Assembly: GCA_964405655.1 (NCBI GenBank)
Contig: CAYOOO010000004.1
Coordinates: 9,013-73,012, forward strand
Length of the DNA: 64,000 nucleotides
Source: an uncultured Gammaproteobacteria bacterium
GTDB lineage: Bacteria > Patescibacteriota > Microgenomatia > Daviesbacterales > UBA10151
Direction: 5' to 3'
The notes below the pieces were generated by a model. The model did no database searches, was not told the origin of the DNA, and saw nothing but the letters and a program-made list of their open reading frames with translations. A program made the translations under genes and the position numbers. Of this stretch, positions 35,562 through 45,446 are shown piece by piece (the first letter of the stretch is position 1; each line of letters begins with the position of its first letter).

Positions 35562-38451
35562 TATTAAAGCTAAGCTTATTTAGCTTCTTAAAGAATACTA
35601 ACCTCATAATCCTGCCTCCTAATAAGTAATCTAATATCAGAATTAAGATTACTGATGTTAAGATTGAATAAAGCAGCGTAAAGGTATCTCCTTTGTAGTT
35701 GAATTCAACCTCAACTGGTTTATCTCGAAGCTGTGTCGGAATCGGAACGTACATAAATCCTGGACCCGTTGGGCCCGCAGCTAGGATTTTTTGACTTTGA
35801 CCATTAATCTTAGCGGTCCAGACTGGCCAAAATTCTTGCCTTAACAGCACTGCTTTGGCATTTTGTGTTTTGATCTTAATCTTGCGGTTGCTGATAAATT
35901 GGGCTTGCGAGGGCGGAGGATCATTTTTTTCCAGCGGAACTAACTGAGCGATTAATGACCTGACAAATTCTCCTTCCTTGATTGATTTATAGACATTGGC
36001 ATGATAGAACAGGTTCATTCCACTCCAAATTACTTTGCCACCCTCAAAAGATCCACTAACAATCAAGGGTGTATTACCGGTTTTTAGTATAACCTCAGTA
36101 TTATTCTTTAAATTCGTTGGTAGTGAAAAGTTCCACTCTTTACCATCTATAACTGGTGGTCCAAAATCTTTTAAATCCCAGCTTGTCCCCAACTCCTCCC
36201 TCTTTGTGCCTTCTATTGGGAAAAAATTCGGCAGGTGAGTATTTTTAGTTTGGAAAACATCACTGCCTGTTTCTACAAAAACTTTGCCACCTTTTTTGAG
36301 ATACTTTTCTATTTTACCCCACCCTGAATTATTATCTCCATCTTTATATCCGTATAATATGACAGCATCCAAATTAAGATTTTCTAAATTAGGAATTTTT
36401 GCAAGTGAGGGGGAAAGCCAGACTGTAACAAGTTTCTGTGAGTTTGTATTAGTTATGGCTAAGCTTCTGTTAAAAGTTTCAAAGCTACTAAACGAGCCGA
36501 TCATGCCAACAACCGAGGCGTTGGTAGCTGATGCAACTGGTGAAGCCAAACCCTCTTTGAATTTATAAAATTTCAGCGCATCGCTATCATCATTAATCCA
36601 TTCCATTTTGCCATCTTTGGTATCGTAAACCTTAACTCTTCCGGCGATAGGAGTTTGCTCTTCTTTTTCAAAAATATTTTTATCCTCGAGTAAGAAGCTG
36701 GATGGCGGGTTGAAAGAGTCACTCCTCTCGTGACCACCTTCGAAAAAGCCTATTGAGAACCAATCAATTAAATATAGCGCGTTGTTTTTAGCAATATCTT
36801 TGGGGTACTTGAAATCATCAACAATCGGATCCCTGCCCTGATTTGAAGCTAAAGCAATATCAGTCCAAAAAAATGACCCTGCCATACCTGAGCCAATTGG
36901 AGAATCGGTATAACCTCTAAACAGTGGCATCTCATAAAAAGTCGGCCACCAAATATTGACTTTCTGGTCAGCGCTATACAGACGGTATTGGTAATCTCGT
37001 ACTGGAAGCCAGGCTGGAACTAGTTTTTGGCTTAATCCTTCAAATTCCTTGCGGTCCTTAAACGGCTTACTAAGTAAGCCAGGGTAAACTCCAGATTTTT
37101 CCCTGAACCTGACAGTATCTAACTGTCTATCAGTAAAATCTTCCAGGGGTTGCTGTTTACTCCAATAAAAATATCCTGATGCCAAAATTACAGCTGTGAA
37201 TGCTATTGCCAGAATACTTTTTGCAGCTAAACTATCAAGGAGGCCGGTCCGCTCTATTAAAGAAGCCCAAAACATCCGGTATCCATAAGCAACACATGCT
37301 CCAAATGCCAAAGGCATTGCCCAAAAAGCTCGATACCATCCTCCCTGAAAGAAAGGTATTCCTATAGAAAGTCCGTAAATTGACAAAAAGGCAAACCCCA
37401 AAAACATTAAAAAAGGGAGCGCACCCAATACTCTAAATCTTTTCTTTGCTATAACTAAACCAATAACCATTAAAGCAATTGCTACTGCAAAAAACGCAAA
37501 AAATATTTCATTTACTTCAACTAAAAACCTCCAAAACTCTTGTCTGTTATAGGCTGCGATTGCTTTAATGGTTTCAATCGGAGTAGTACTGGTAACTGCG
37601 GAACCATAATCAGGATTACTGACAGATCCTGAAAATCTAGTTAGGACAGCATTAATTTGATTTAGAATAAATTTGGGTAATAACAGAATATTCTGTCCAA
37701 AAAATTGTTGTAGCTGAACATAGGATGTTAGGACAACTAAGCCAAGAAAAATTCCTAGGTCTAAAAGCCTTCTTTTAATTGTCGCCTTAATTTTTTCAAA
37801 GTAGCCAAAAGCAATAATTAGAAAAGCAAATAATAAGATGTGTGAAATCAATATCTGCGGGTGAGCCAATGTAGAAAGTCCTGCGACCGCAGCAGAAAGC
37901 ACTAAAAATTTTCTGGTAGTGCTTTGAGTATACAAAACTAAAAAAGCAATCGAAAGCGGTAAAAATGTCATTGTTCCAACATATTGCAAGTTACCTCCCC
38001 AAATAATCGGACCCCAACTGGCTCTGGAATATATACTAAAAAGCGCCAAAACCAAAGATAATGCTTTATTTCTGGAAATGACCCAGAATAAAAAGTAACT
38101 GCTTAGACCAAAAGAAAATAGAGATAGCACAGAATATATTAGAGTTGCTTGTTGAACACCAAAATATGGTACTAATAAAGCATTCAGGTAAAAATGGAGG
38201 GACGGGTAATCGTATGCATACGGATACCCAGCCCAATTAATTGGTTTATAACCTAAGTAACGAGCATCGAAATGACGGGAATAATATGCTACGTTAGATA
38301 CCATGTTATAAAAGTCGACTCCGAGAATAACAGGATGATTGATGTACCAATTAGAAATAGGTAAAAATAGAAATACAAGTAGTGCAATAGCAGATACATG
38401 AGTTGTCAAATGAAATAGAACGCTTGCTACTACTTGTGATAATCTTTTCAT
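35530..38451 (-). CDS. Giant polytopic membrane protein, tandem paralog of 32484..35561
   Basis: 973 aa with the same architecture. Shared motifs: WWPTFYEMPLFRGY, GFMYVP, C-terminal KWWQKEDE (versus WWQKEDGE in the paralog). Confidence 0.5.
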   Translation of the reverse strand: MKRLSQVVASVLFHLTTHVSAIALLVFLFLPISNWYINHPVILGVDFYNMVSNVAYYSRHFDARYLGYKPINWAGYPYAYDYPSLHFYLNALLVPYFGVQQATLIYSVLSLFSFGLSSYFLFWVISRNKALSLVLALFSIYSRASWGPIIWGGNLQYVGTMTFLPLSIAFLVLYTQSTTRKFLVLSAAVAGLSTLAHPQILISHILLFAFLIIAFGYFEKIKATIKRRLLDLGIFLGLVVLTSYVQLQQFFGQNILLLPKFILNQINAVLTRFSGSVSNPDYGSAVTSTTPIETIKAIAAYNRQEFWRFLVEVNEIFFAFFAVAIALMVIGLVIAKKRFRVLGALPFLMFLGFAFLSIYGLSIGIPFFQGGWYRAFWAMPLAFGACVAYGYRMFWASLIERTGLLDSLAAKSILAIAFTAVILASGYFYWSKQQPLEDFTDRQLDTVRFREKSGVYPGLLSKPFKDRKEFEGLSQKLVPAWLPVRDYQYRLYSADQKVNIWWPTFYEMPLFRGYTDSPIGSGMAGSFFWTDIALASNQGRDPIVDDFKYPKDIAKNNALYLIDWFSIGFFEGGHERSDSFNPPSSFLLEDKNIFEKEEQTPIAGRVKVYDTKDGKMEWINDDSDALKFYKFKEGLASPVASATNASVVGMIGSFSSFETFNRSLAITNTNSQKLVTVWLSPSLAKIPNLENLNLDAVILYGYKDGDNNSGWGKIEKYLKKGGKVFVETGSDVFQTKNTHLPNFFPIEGTKREELGTSWDLKDFGPPVIDGKEWNFSLPTNLKNNTEVILKTGNTPLIVSGSFEGGKVIWSGMNLFYHANVYKSIKEGEFVRSLIAQLVPLEKNDPPPSQAQFISNRKIKIKTQNAKAVLLRQEFWPVWTAKINGQSQKILAAGPTGPGFMYVPIPTQLRDKPVEVEFNYKGDTFTLLYSILTSVILILILDYLLGGRIMRLVFFKKLNKLSFNIGKWWQKEDE

Positions 38452-38557
38452 CAGACAGAATTAATTAAATAATTGTTTTGATAGATTTTCCTCTTCAGTT
38501 GTTATACCATAACAAGATCAAATCTTAAGAGTCAAGTTATATTAATCAGGCTATAGA

Positions 38558-39256
38558 ATGAAGCTTTCTATAATAATTCCGGTTTATAACGAAGAACAAA
38601 CCGTTGGTCAGGTCATATCGAAAATCAGCAAGTTAGAGTTAGGTAAAATTACTAAAGAAATTATTGTTGTTGACGATGCTTCTACAGACAAAAGTAAAAG
38701 CATAATTAATGAACAAAAAAAATTAAATCCCAATACACTTAAGGTCTATATCTCTATAATTAACCTGGGAAAAGGAGCGGCAGTTCGCTTTGGTTTAAAG
38801 TATGCAACTGGGGATATAATCATTATTCAGGATGCGGATTTAGAATTAAATCCAGCGGAATATCCCAAATTGATATCACCAATTATTGAAAATCAAGCTG
38901 ATGTAGTTTATGGCAGCAGGTTTAAGGGTTTTAAAAATGAAAATATTCCTCTTAGAACAATCCTGGCAAATAAATTTCTGGTCATTTTAACTAATATTTT
39001 GTTTAAGGGTCATTTAACAGATATGGAAACCGCTTATAAAGTTTTTAAAAGCTCTATAATAAAAGATGTCAACTTACGCTGTGTCGAATTCGATTTCGAA
39101 GCAGAAGTCACAGCCAAAATTCTTAAGGGTGGGTATAAAATAGTCGAAATTCCGATTGAATATAAACCACGAACTCCGAAAGAGGGTAAGAAAATGACTT
39201 GGCGGCATGGCATTGAGGCGATTTATACATTATTTAAATATCGTTTTTTTGATTAG
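38558..39256 (+). CDS. GT2 polyprenol-phosphate glycosyltransferase (DPM1/ArnC-like)
   Basis: LSIIIPVYNEEQTV...VVDDASTD...IIIQDADLE (DxD). Short (232 aa) soluble GT-A typical of Und-P/Dol-P sugar synthases. Confidence 0.7.
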   Translation: MKLSIIIPVYNEEQTVGQVISKISKLELGKITKEIIVVDDASTDKSKSIINEQKKLNPNTLKVYISIINLGKGAAVRFGLKYATGDIIIIQDADLELNPAEYPKLISPIIENQADVVYGSRFKGFKNENIPLRTILANKFLVILTNILFKGHLTDMETAYKVFKSSIIKDVNLRCVEFDFEAEVTAKILKGGYKIVEIPIEYKPRTPKEGKKMTWRHGIEAIYTLFKYRFFD

Positions 39257-40495
39257 TAAATTATTTATTATCAAAAGATAGATCGATGTAGCTGCAAAAA
39301 ATAAGCTTCTAGCTAGATTTTGAAGATCTATACCAGGCTTCTGCTGGGGATTTATCATATAAGATGGTGTAAAAGTTTGAGTTACTTGAGGTGTAACATT
39401 CTGGAACAAACCTAAGGTCTTAAGGGGAATAAATAAACCAACTGAAAGATCCGCTGAGGAAAACATGAGAATTATCAACCAGCAGCCAAATAAAATAGCT
39501 GGCAAATAAAAGTTCTTCAACTTACTTAAAACCAGCTCAATAACTATAAATGGAGTAACCCACAAAAACCACTGAACATGGATCTTAATTAGGCTAAACA
39601 AAATCAGTAATGTGCTTAAATAACCTTGCCAAAGCTTAACTGTTTGAGCCTTAAAAAAGAAGAACAGGTAATACATTAGAAGAATAGTAATTACAGGAAA
39701 GATCACAAAGTCTTCAGCAAGAAAAATCTTACTTTCTAAAATTCTTAAATTATAAGGAGAAAATAGGACCATCTGCTCAAAACCAGCAGAATTTAAAAAA
39801 GGCCAAATAGTGAATACTATTGGGGCTAAACCTAAAAATAGATAATAAATTTTATTCCAATTATTTTTAACTGGGATTAGAAGCATTAAAGGCAAAAAGA
39901 GCAAACCAAAAAATTTATATGCTCCGCCTACCCCAATTGCCAAACAGGCAAGCGCCAATCTTTTTCTACTGGCAAGATATAGTCCTAAAACTGCAAAAAA
40001 AGTGGGGATTAAGTCCAAATTCCCCAAGGCCAAAAGATAATAAGATAATGGGTTGAACAGCCAAAGAAGTAAAGCAAGTCTCTTTTGAACAAGGCTCTTA
40101 AAATATTTCCAAATTAAATATCCTGTTCCTAAATCAAAAAATAAATATATGAGCTTGTACCAGAATATATGCCAGATAACGTCCGTTCGATTATAAATTC
40201 CAAATAGGTTATTAGTCATACTGTCCAAAAAGCTTTGACTTGTAAATGGACTAATTATCTTTGTCCAGATTGCAAAAGTATATAAAGTTAACGGCGGATA
40301 TGGGAAAAAGGAAGTGGTAAAACTTTTAACTAAATTATGATCTTTAGGCAGTGATAAGTAAAAATCATAGATATTAAATATTCCCTTATCTGCAAATAAG
40401 TGGGAGGCGATGACTATATCCCATAAATCTGAATGAGCTGTAATAGACAGCAAAATAACTTTTAAAACTATTGCAAATATAATTGCTTTTTTCAT
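39230..40495 (-). CDS. Polytopic membrane protein, GT-C-like (possible mannosyltransferase-type)
   Basis: 421 aa, with more than 10 TM helices. Confidence 0.4.
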   Translation of the reverse strand: MKKAIIFAIVLKVILLSITAHSDLWDIVIASHLFADKGIFNIYDFYLSLPKDHNLVKSFTTSFFPYPPLTLYTFAIWTKIISPFTSQSFLDSMTNNLFGIYNRTDVIWHIFWYKLIYLFFDLGTGYLIWKYFKSLVQKRLALLLWLFNPLSYYLLALGNLDLIPTFFAVLGLYLASRKRLALACLAIGVGGAYKFFGLLFLPLMLLIPVKNNWNKIYYLFLGLAPIVFTIWPFLNSAGFEQMVLFSPYNLRILESKIFLAEDFVIFPVITILLMYYLFFFFKAQTVKLWQGYLSTLLILFSLIKIHVQWFLWVTPFIVIELVLSKLKNFYLPAILFGCWLIILMFSSADLSVGLFIPLKTLGLFQNVTPQVTQTFTPSYMINPQQKPGIDLQNLARSLFFAATSIYLLIINNLLIKKTIFK

Positions 40496-40496
40496 C

Positions 40497-41366
40497 TTAT
40501 GAATTCCTGGCTATGAGCCCAATACTTCCGACTGGGAATGGAATTTTAAAATCAAGCCAGTTTGGAAACCTTAAGTATCTTAAATAGGCAAATTTTCTAC
40601 CACCATAAGCGATAGTCAAGGTAATCAGTTGTTTAAGCGAATACCAGCGAATATCATCAGAATAAAAATCTATATCCTTGAAGTTAGACTTTAACAGAGC
40701 AATTTTAAGAGCCTTTTCGTTCCAGAAGGTTAAATGCTCCTGATGTTTATAAGAAAACCAGTTATTCTTTAATAATTTTTTCCACAAGCTTTCTGAGTTT
40801 GGGGTAGTTATTAACACTATCCCATTTGGTCTTAAAATTCTAGATAAATTTTTAAGAAAAGTTATTGGATATTTTATATGTTCAATTGTTTGGAATAAGA
40901 CAACAGCATCATAGTTTTTCTCTTTAAGAGAAACATCTCCGACCTCCCCAATTAATACTTTTACTTGATATCTTTTCCAAGCCATTTTTTTTGCTGATTT
41001 ATTTATATCTATGCCCAAAACTTGGTAATTATTTTTCCGAGCCAAATGTAAAAATACGCCTATACCACAACCCACTTCTATTAGTCTCCCCCTATTGGGA
41101 AGATATTTATTTAATCTTCTTAATTGGTCACTAAAATAAACTTCAAAGGAGCTTAGAAACAAATCATAATCTGGGTAACCTTTAGTCAGGCTTTCTTTTT
41201 GACTAAAGTAATCTCTTGTATAGATTTTCTTAATCTGCTGATCACTAGGAAGAGAATCTCTCCACTCTAAATGGCAGTTTTGACAGACTTTAATTTTCTC
41301 TTTATTAGTAAGATTTTTTGTCAAAATCTTACTCCCCTCACAAACAATACACTGACTATTCTTCAC
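40497..41366 (-). CDS. SAM-dependent methyltransferase with N-terminal zinc-ribbon
   Basis: CIVCEGSKI...CQNCHLEW, then LIEVGCGIGVF motif I and FQTIEHI. Confidence 0.7.
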   Translation of the reverse strand: MKNSQCIVCEGSKILTKNLTNKEKIKVCQNCHLEWRDSLPSDQQIKKIYTRDYFSQKESLTKGYPDYDLFLSSFEVYFSDQLRRLNKYLPNRGRLIEVGCGIGVFLHLARKNNYQVLGIDINKSAKKMAWKRYQVKVLIGEVGDVSLKEKNYDAVVLFQTIEHIKYPITFLKNLSRILRPNGIVLITTPNSESLWKKLLKNNWFSYKHQEHLTFWNEKALKIALLKSNFKDIDFYSDDIRWYSLKQLITLTIAYGGRKFAYLRYLRFPNWLDFKIPFPVGSIGLIARNS

Positions 41367-43063
41367 TTCTCCTCCTGCTTTAGCTGATAAATACTGATAA
41401 CTGGCCCAAATTGAATATCTTTTAAAAACTTAACTTTATCTAAAGCTTGATAGTCAACTCTCCATCCATGAGGATCATTATCAAAAACAAATGTCGGAGT
41501 AAACTGATTAACTAAAAGGTAATTTTTATTAAGTGAGCTCAAAAAAGTTTTATCAAAGCCTTGATTATCTCTATGAGCCCAGCTTGAGACTATTAAATAT
41601 TCTACCCCTTGAACTTGATAAGAGTCTGTATCAACAATTTTTTGATTGCTGGTTTGGTCCAAAGTTGGCACTCCTATCAGATCATAACCAACCTTATCCT
41701 GACTTACTTCTAGTGTTGCCAGTAAATTTTGGGCAGGTAAGCCTAAACTTTGAGCTTGATTGTAAAGCGCTAAAAGTCTGAACTTACTTAAAACTAGTGG
41801 CGGGCCTTCAAAAGATGGAACGCTATCCCCGACCGCTCCCTCAACTACTATTTTGGAATTTGCAGGTATATTTTTTTCAATCCAGTTCTTTGAAATAGTC
41901 CTGGTATCTGGTTGGGAGATCAAAAAGTCAAACTTTAAGGTTCTTATTAAGTTATTACTGCTTATTAGAATAATTATTATGAGTATTAGATAAAAGTTTT
42001 TAACGATTCGCCAAAGAAAGACTGCTGAAGTTAAAGATAAAAAGGGTATCATCGCCACAGCCCATCTGGGAAAATTACCTCCAGCTAAAATAATTCCCAA
42101 GAAAATAGTTAAAACTGAAAATGAAGCTATAAACGCTTTTTTCCCTAGTTTACCTGAGATACTAGTGATTAAAGCTAACAGGTAAATAAATGAACTACTC
42201 AAACCAAAGGCTGGGAAAAGCTGATCTTTAATATAGCCAAACCAGACCGGCTGATAATTTAGGCTTGGCCCAATCATTCTATGCTTCAAAACTAAGTCAA
42301 TGTTAGATTGTATGAATCTTTGGCTGTCTAAAATAATATAGGGATTAGTAGCTATATAAGCTAGAATAGACAAAACCAGTACGCCAATTAACTCTTTTAT
42401 GTTTATTTTTTTAAAAAAATACAGTAATAGAACAATCAAACTAATGGGAAAGTAGATAATTTTAGTTGAGACAGCCAAACCTAAAGATATTCCTAAAAAA
42501 ATTAATGAACGTTTCCTTTCTTTGACTGTTTCAAAGACTTTTAGAACAAAATAAAAAGTTACCAGCAAGAATAATGAAGATAGTGTCTCTTCTTTTATAT
42601 AATGAGATTCTTTAGTAAATAAAAAACTGGAAGATAACAAAAACAGGGCTGTTAAAGCAGTCTTTTGGCCGAAAAAACGGTTTCCAATCACTAGAACCAG
42701 ACTGGCACAACCTAAGCTTACTAAAAGTGAAAAAATCCTTCCCAGGATTATAAAAATGGTTGGGTCTGAAAGATAAGCCACATAGAAACTAAAAGGAGAG
42801 TGATAAATCCCCAAGATCAAGCCTAAAATATATTGAATAAAAAAAACGGGAATTAGAAGGTATGAAAGTAAGATCGGGTGAAGGTAGGTATCAGGCTTAA
42901 GAAAGTTGGAAGCTGCATAAAAGGCTGAATAGATTAGCTTGCCCTCATCAGGGTGATAGATAAAAGGCAAACCAAAATTAATCCCCCATATTCTGGAGAT
43001 TAAAAACCAAAAAAATATGGCCAATATAACTTTGTTAATTTTGAACCTGTGTAATTTGACCAT
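41363..43063 (-). CDS. GT-C fold glycosyltransferase, PMT_2/ArnT (family 39-like)
   Basis: GLPFIYHPDEGKLIY first-loop motif (YHPDE), characteristic of the dolichyl-/undecaprenyl-phosphate-sugar-dependent GT-C family. Length is 566 aa. Confidence 0.55.
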   Translation of the reverse strand: MVKLHRFKINKVILAIFFWFLISRIWGINFGLPFIYHPDEGKLIYSAFYAASNFLKPDTYLHPILLSYLLIPVFFIQYILGLILGIYHSPFSFYVAYLSDPTIFIILGRIFSLLVSLGCASLVLVIGNRFFGQKTALTALFLLSSSFLFTKESHYIKEETLSSLFLLVTFYFVLKVFETVKERKRSLIFLGISLGLAVSTKIIYFPISLIVLLLYFFKKINIKELIGVLVLSILAYIATNPYIILDSQRFIQSNIDLVLKHRMIGPSLNYQPVWFGYIKDQLFPAFGLSSSFIYLLALITSISGKLGKKAFIASFSVLTIFLGIILAGGNFPRWAVAMIPFLSLTSAVFLWRIVKNFYLILIIIILISSNNLIRTLKFDFLISQPDTRTISKNWIEKNIPANSKIVVEGAVGDSVPSFEGPPLVLSKFRLLALYNQAQSLGLPAQNLLATLEVSQDKVGYDLIGVPTLDQTSNQKIVDTDSYQVQGVEYLIVSSWAHRDNQGFDKTFLSSLNKNYLLVNQFTPTFVFDNDPHGWRVDYQALDKVKFLKDIQFGPVISIYQLKQEEK

Positions 43064-44576
43064 TTTTATAAATTAAAATCAGATCTTTTGAGGAAACAAA
43101 ATCTGATAGAAAATCCACTGTTAGAGTATTTTTGTCTAAAAGTCTGGCTGTAAAATATTCATTACTAACCACTGCTTGTCCATTTGAGTTGATCTGAGGA
43201 TGAAAGAGTACAAAACCAGATTCGCTTTCTAAGCTTAAACTGCGAGCATTCAAAAAACTGTAACTTGAGCTTACTCCAACTGGACTTGGTGTTAAGATAA
43301 TCTGGCTTAAAAGTTCTTGTCCTACCATAAACTCGACTGCTTCCTTAAGGTGAGTCCTGTAGATAATGGCCCCGTTAATACTATCTGGAATGTTAATCAG
43401 AAAAACTCTATCTATAGTCCTTGGCATATCTTTTAAAAGTAATAATAGTTGGTCAGCTATCTGCTTGGAATAAAGACCAGCTATTTTCCAGTTGTAATTC
43501 TGATTGTAAATATAGAAGGAACTTAATAATACATAGCAAGAAATAGCCATCCAAAAAAATACACGCAATGTTTTCTTGTATTTTTGTAGATGGAAACTAG
43601 CTAATTTTATTATTAAAAAAGAAAGCATGATGGAAATAAACACGCCTGGTAGATAAAGTTGTCGAAGTTGTGTTGGTGTATTGGCTGTCGGCAAAAAAGA
43701 AATCCCGATGAGGAGATAAAGCAATAAAGATATTGATTTGAGTGAGAATTTTCCTAAAAACAACAGTCCAAGAAACCCAACTAAATAAATTACAAATACA
43801 TTGGAAAGAGCAATAATTTTCAGATGAGGTGCAAGCGAGTAAGGATTTAAAGTGCCTAAGGCTAAAAATCTTAAAAGGAAGTAAAAGAGAAATACTAATA
43901 TCAAGCTTAAAAAGATATGTCTGTATTTCAAAAGTAACTTACTTATTACTTTCTTTTTGTCTAAAATTAAGACTATAACCAGAGAAGCTACGGGAAAAGT
44001 AACAGCAGATTCCTTGCTAAATAAAGCCAGAAGAAAAAGGATCCAGGTAACTAAAAGCCACAACTTTTTCTTCGATTCGACGTACTGTATTAGAGTAATT
44101 AAAGCAGCTAGATAAAAAGTAGTAACTAGCAAATCATATCTGCCTCCGACGCTCCAGGCTATTGCTTCAGTCTGGAAAGGAAAGATGGTAAAAAGTAAGC
44201 TTGAAGTAGCAGCCAAAAAAACATTTTTTTTAAATAGTAAATATACAAATAAGCTAACTAAGGCTATGTTAATAAGATGAAAAATTAAACTTGTTAAATG
44301 AAAAATTACAGGTGTCATTCCTAACAAAACAGTATCTAGCCAAACCGTCCAACCTACCATGGGTCTAAAGTAAGGCGGTAAAGAGATGCCTGCAAGATCT
44401 GGAGGTAGAAATAAGCGAAAAGAGTTGATTAAATCCAAACCTCTTACCCTAGTCCACCATTCATAGTCTTCTCCTACAAAATAAGCATCTAAAATTCGCT
44501 GGTATAAAAATACTGCCACTAAACAAGATGCAACGACACATAAGAGTAGGTTTCTTTTTTTAGCTGAATCCACCAT
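43035..44576 (-). CDS. Polytopic membrane protein, GT-C-like
   Basis: 513 aa with more than 10 TM helices and an acidic first loop (FVGEDYEWW). Confidence 0.4.
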   Translation of the reverse strand: MVDSAKKRNLLLCVVASCLVAVFLYQRILDAYFVGEDYEWWTRVRGLDLINSFRLFLPPDLAGISLPPYFRPMVGWTVWLDTVLLGMTPVIFHLTSLIFHLINIALVSLFVYLLFKKNVFLAATSSLLFTIFPFQTEAIAWSVGGRYDLLVTTFYLAALITLIQYVESKKKLWLLVTWILFLLALFSKESAVTFPVASLVIVLILDKKKVISKLLLKYRHIFLSLILVFLFYFLLRFLALGTLNPYSLAPHLKIIALSNVFVIYLVGFLGLLFLGKFSLKSISLLLYLLIGISFLPTANTPTQLRQLYLPGVFISIMLSFLIIKLASFHLQKYKKTLRVFFWMAISCYVLLSSFYIYNQNYNWKIAGLYSKQIADQLLLLLKDMPRTIDRVFLINIPDSINGAIIYRTHLKEAVEFMVGQELLSQIILTPSPVGVSSSYSFLNARSLSLESESGFVLFHPQINSNGQAVVSNEYFTARLLDKNTLTVDFLSDFVSSKDLILIYKNGQITQVQN

Positions 44577-45444
44577 CCCAGATATATTTGTCAGTAGAAG
44601 AGTTTGGTGACTTAGGACTTACTTTAAAAAAACCTCTAATAATCTTATATATTTGAATAGGCAAAAATAAGACCGGATTTAGGATTGGATGTTTAAATAG
44701 AAGTCTGTTAAACCAGTAGCGCCAGAGAAAGCTTTTACTGGCATATTTTTTTAATAATTCAAAAGTTTCTTCGCTGATCTCTTTTGATTTAGTAAATATT
44801 ATATTGTTATTGTGTAATCTGGCATAAAAAAGTTTAATTCGGCAAAATCTGACTACACAGTGACTGGCGATACATAAAGCTAGAAAAGAAGTATCCGAAA
44901 TCCAAGTAAGCGGTAACAAGCCTACTCTGGCTAAAATGCTTTTTCTAAAAATCATACCGATGCCAGCTCCACCATAGTTAAATAGATCTTCAACCTTGCT
45001 TCCATAATTTGTCCCAATCGGAGGATATAAAATTATTCTACTTTTGTTATCTAAATTATAAAAAACGCCTCCACAGACTAATACATCCACTTCTGGATGA
45101 CTTTCTAAAATATCAATTGCTTTCTCTAAACTTTTAGGGTAGATAAGGTCATCATCAGATAAAGGCTTAATATATTTACCATGGGAGACTAGTATGGCTT
45201 TATTGGTAGCATGGGTTGGACTGATATCTGGTTCAGAAATAAATAAGTCTATGAAATCAGAATTATTTCTAATAATTTGCAGACTATTATCAGCTGATCC
45301 TCCATCAACTACAATAAGCTCGTCATTTTTCTTTTTATATTGTTTTATATTTTTAAGTGCTTGATTTAAGGCTTTTGCCCGATTTTTGGTGGCAAGAATA
45401 AATGTGACCCTCTTTTTGAGTTTGCCTTCAAAACTATAATCCAT
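44560..45444 (-). CDS. GT2 glycosyltransferase
   Basis: VTFILATKNRAKAL...VVDGGSADNS...SDDDLIY (DxD). Confidence 0.65.
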   Translation of the reverse strand: MDYSFEGKLKKRVTFILATKNRAKALNQALKNIKQYKKKNDELIVVDGGSADNSLQIIRNNSDFIDLFISEPDISPTHATNKAILVSHGKYIKPLSDDDLIYPKSLEKAIDILESHPEVDVLVCGGVFYNLDNKSRIILYPPIGTNYGSKVEDLFNYGGAGIGMIFRKSILARVGLLPLTWISDTSFLALCIASHCVVRFCRIKLFYARLHNNNIIFTKSKEISEETFELLKKYASKSFLWRYWFNRLLFKHPILNPVLFLPIQIYKIIRGFFKVSPKSPNSSTDKYIWDGGFS

Positions 45445-45446
45445 AC

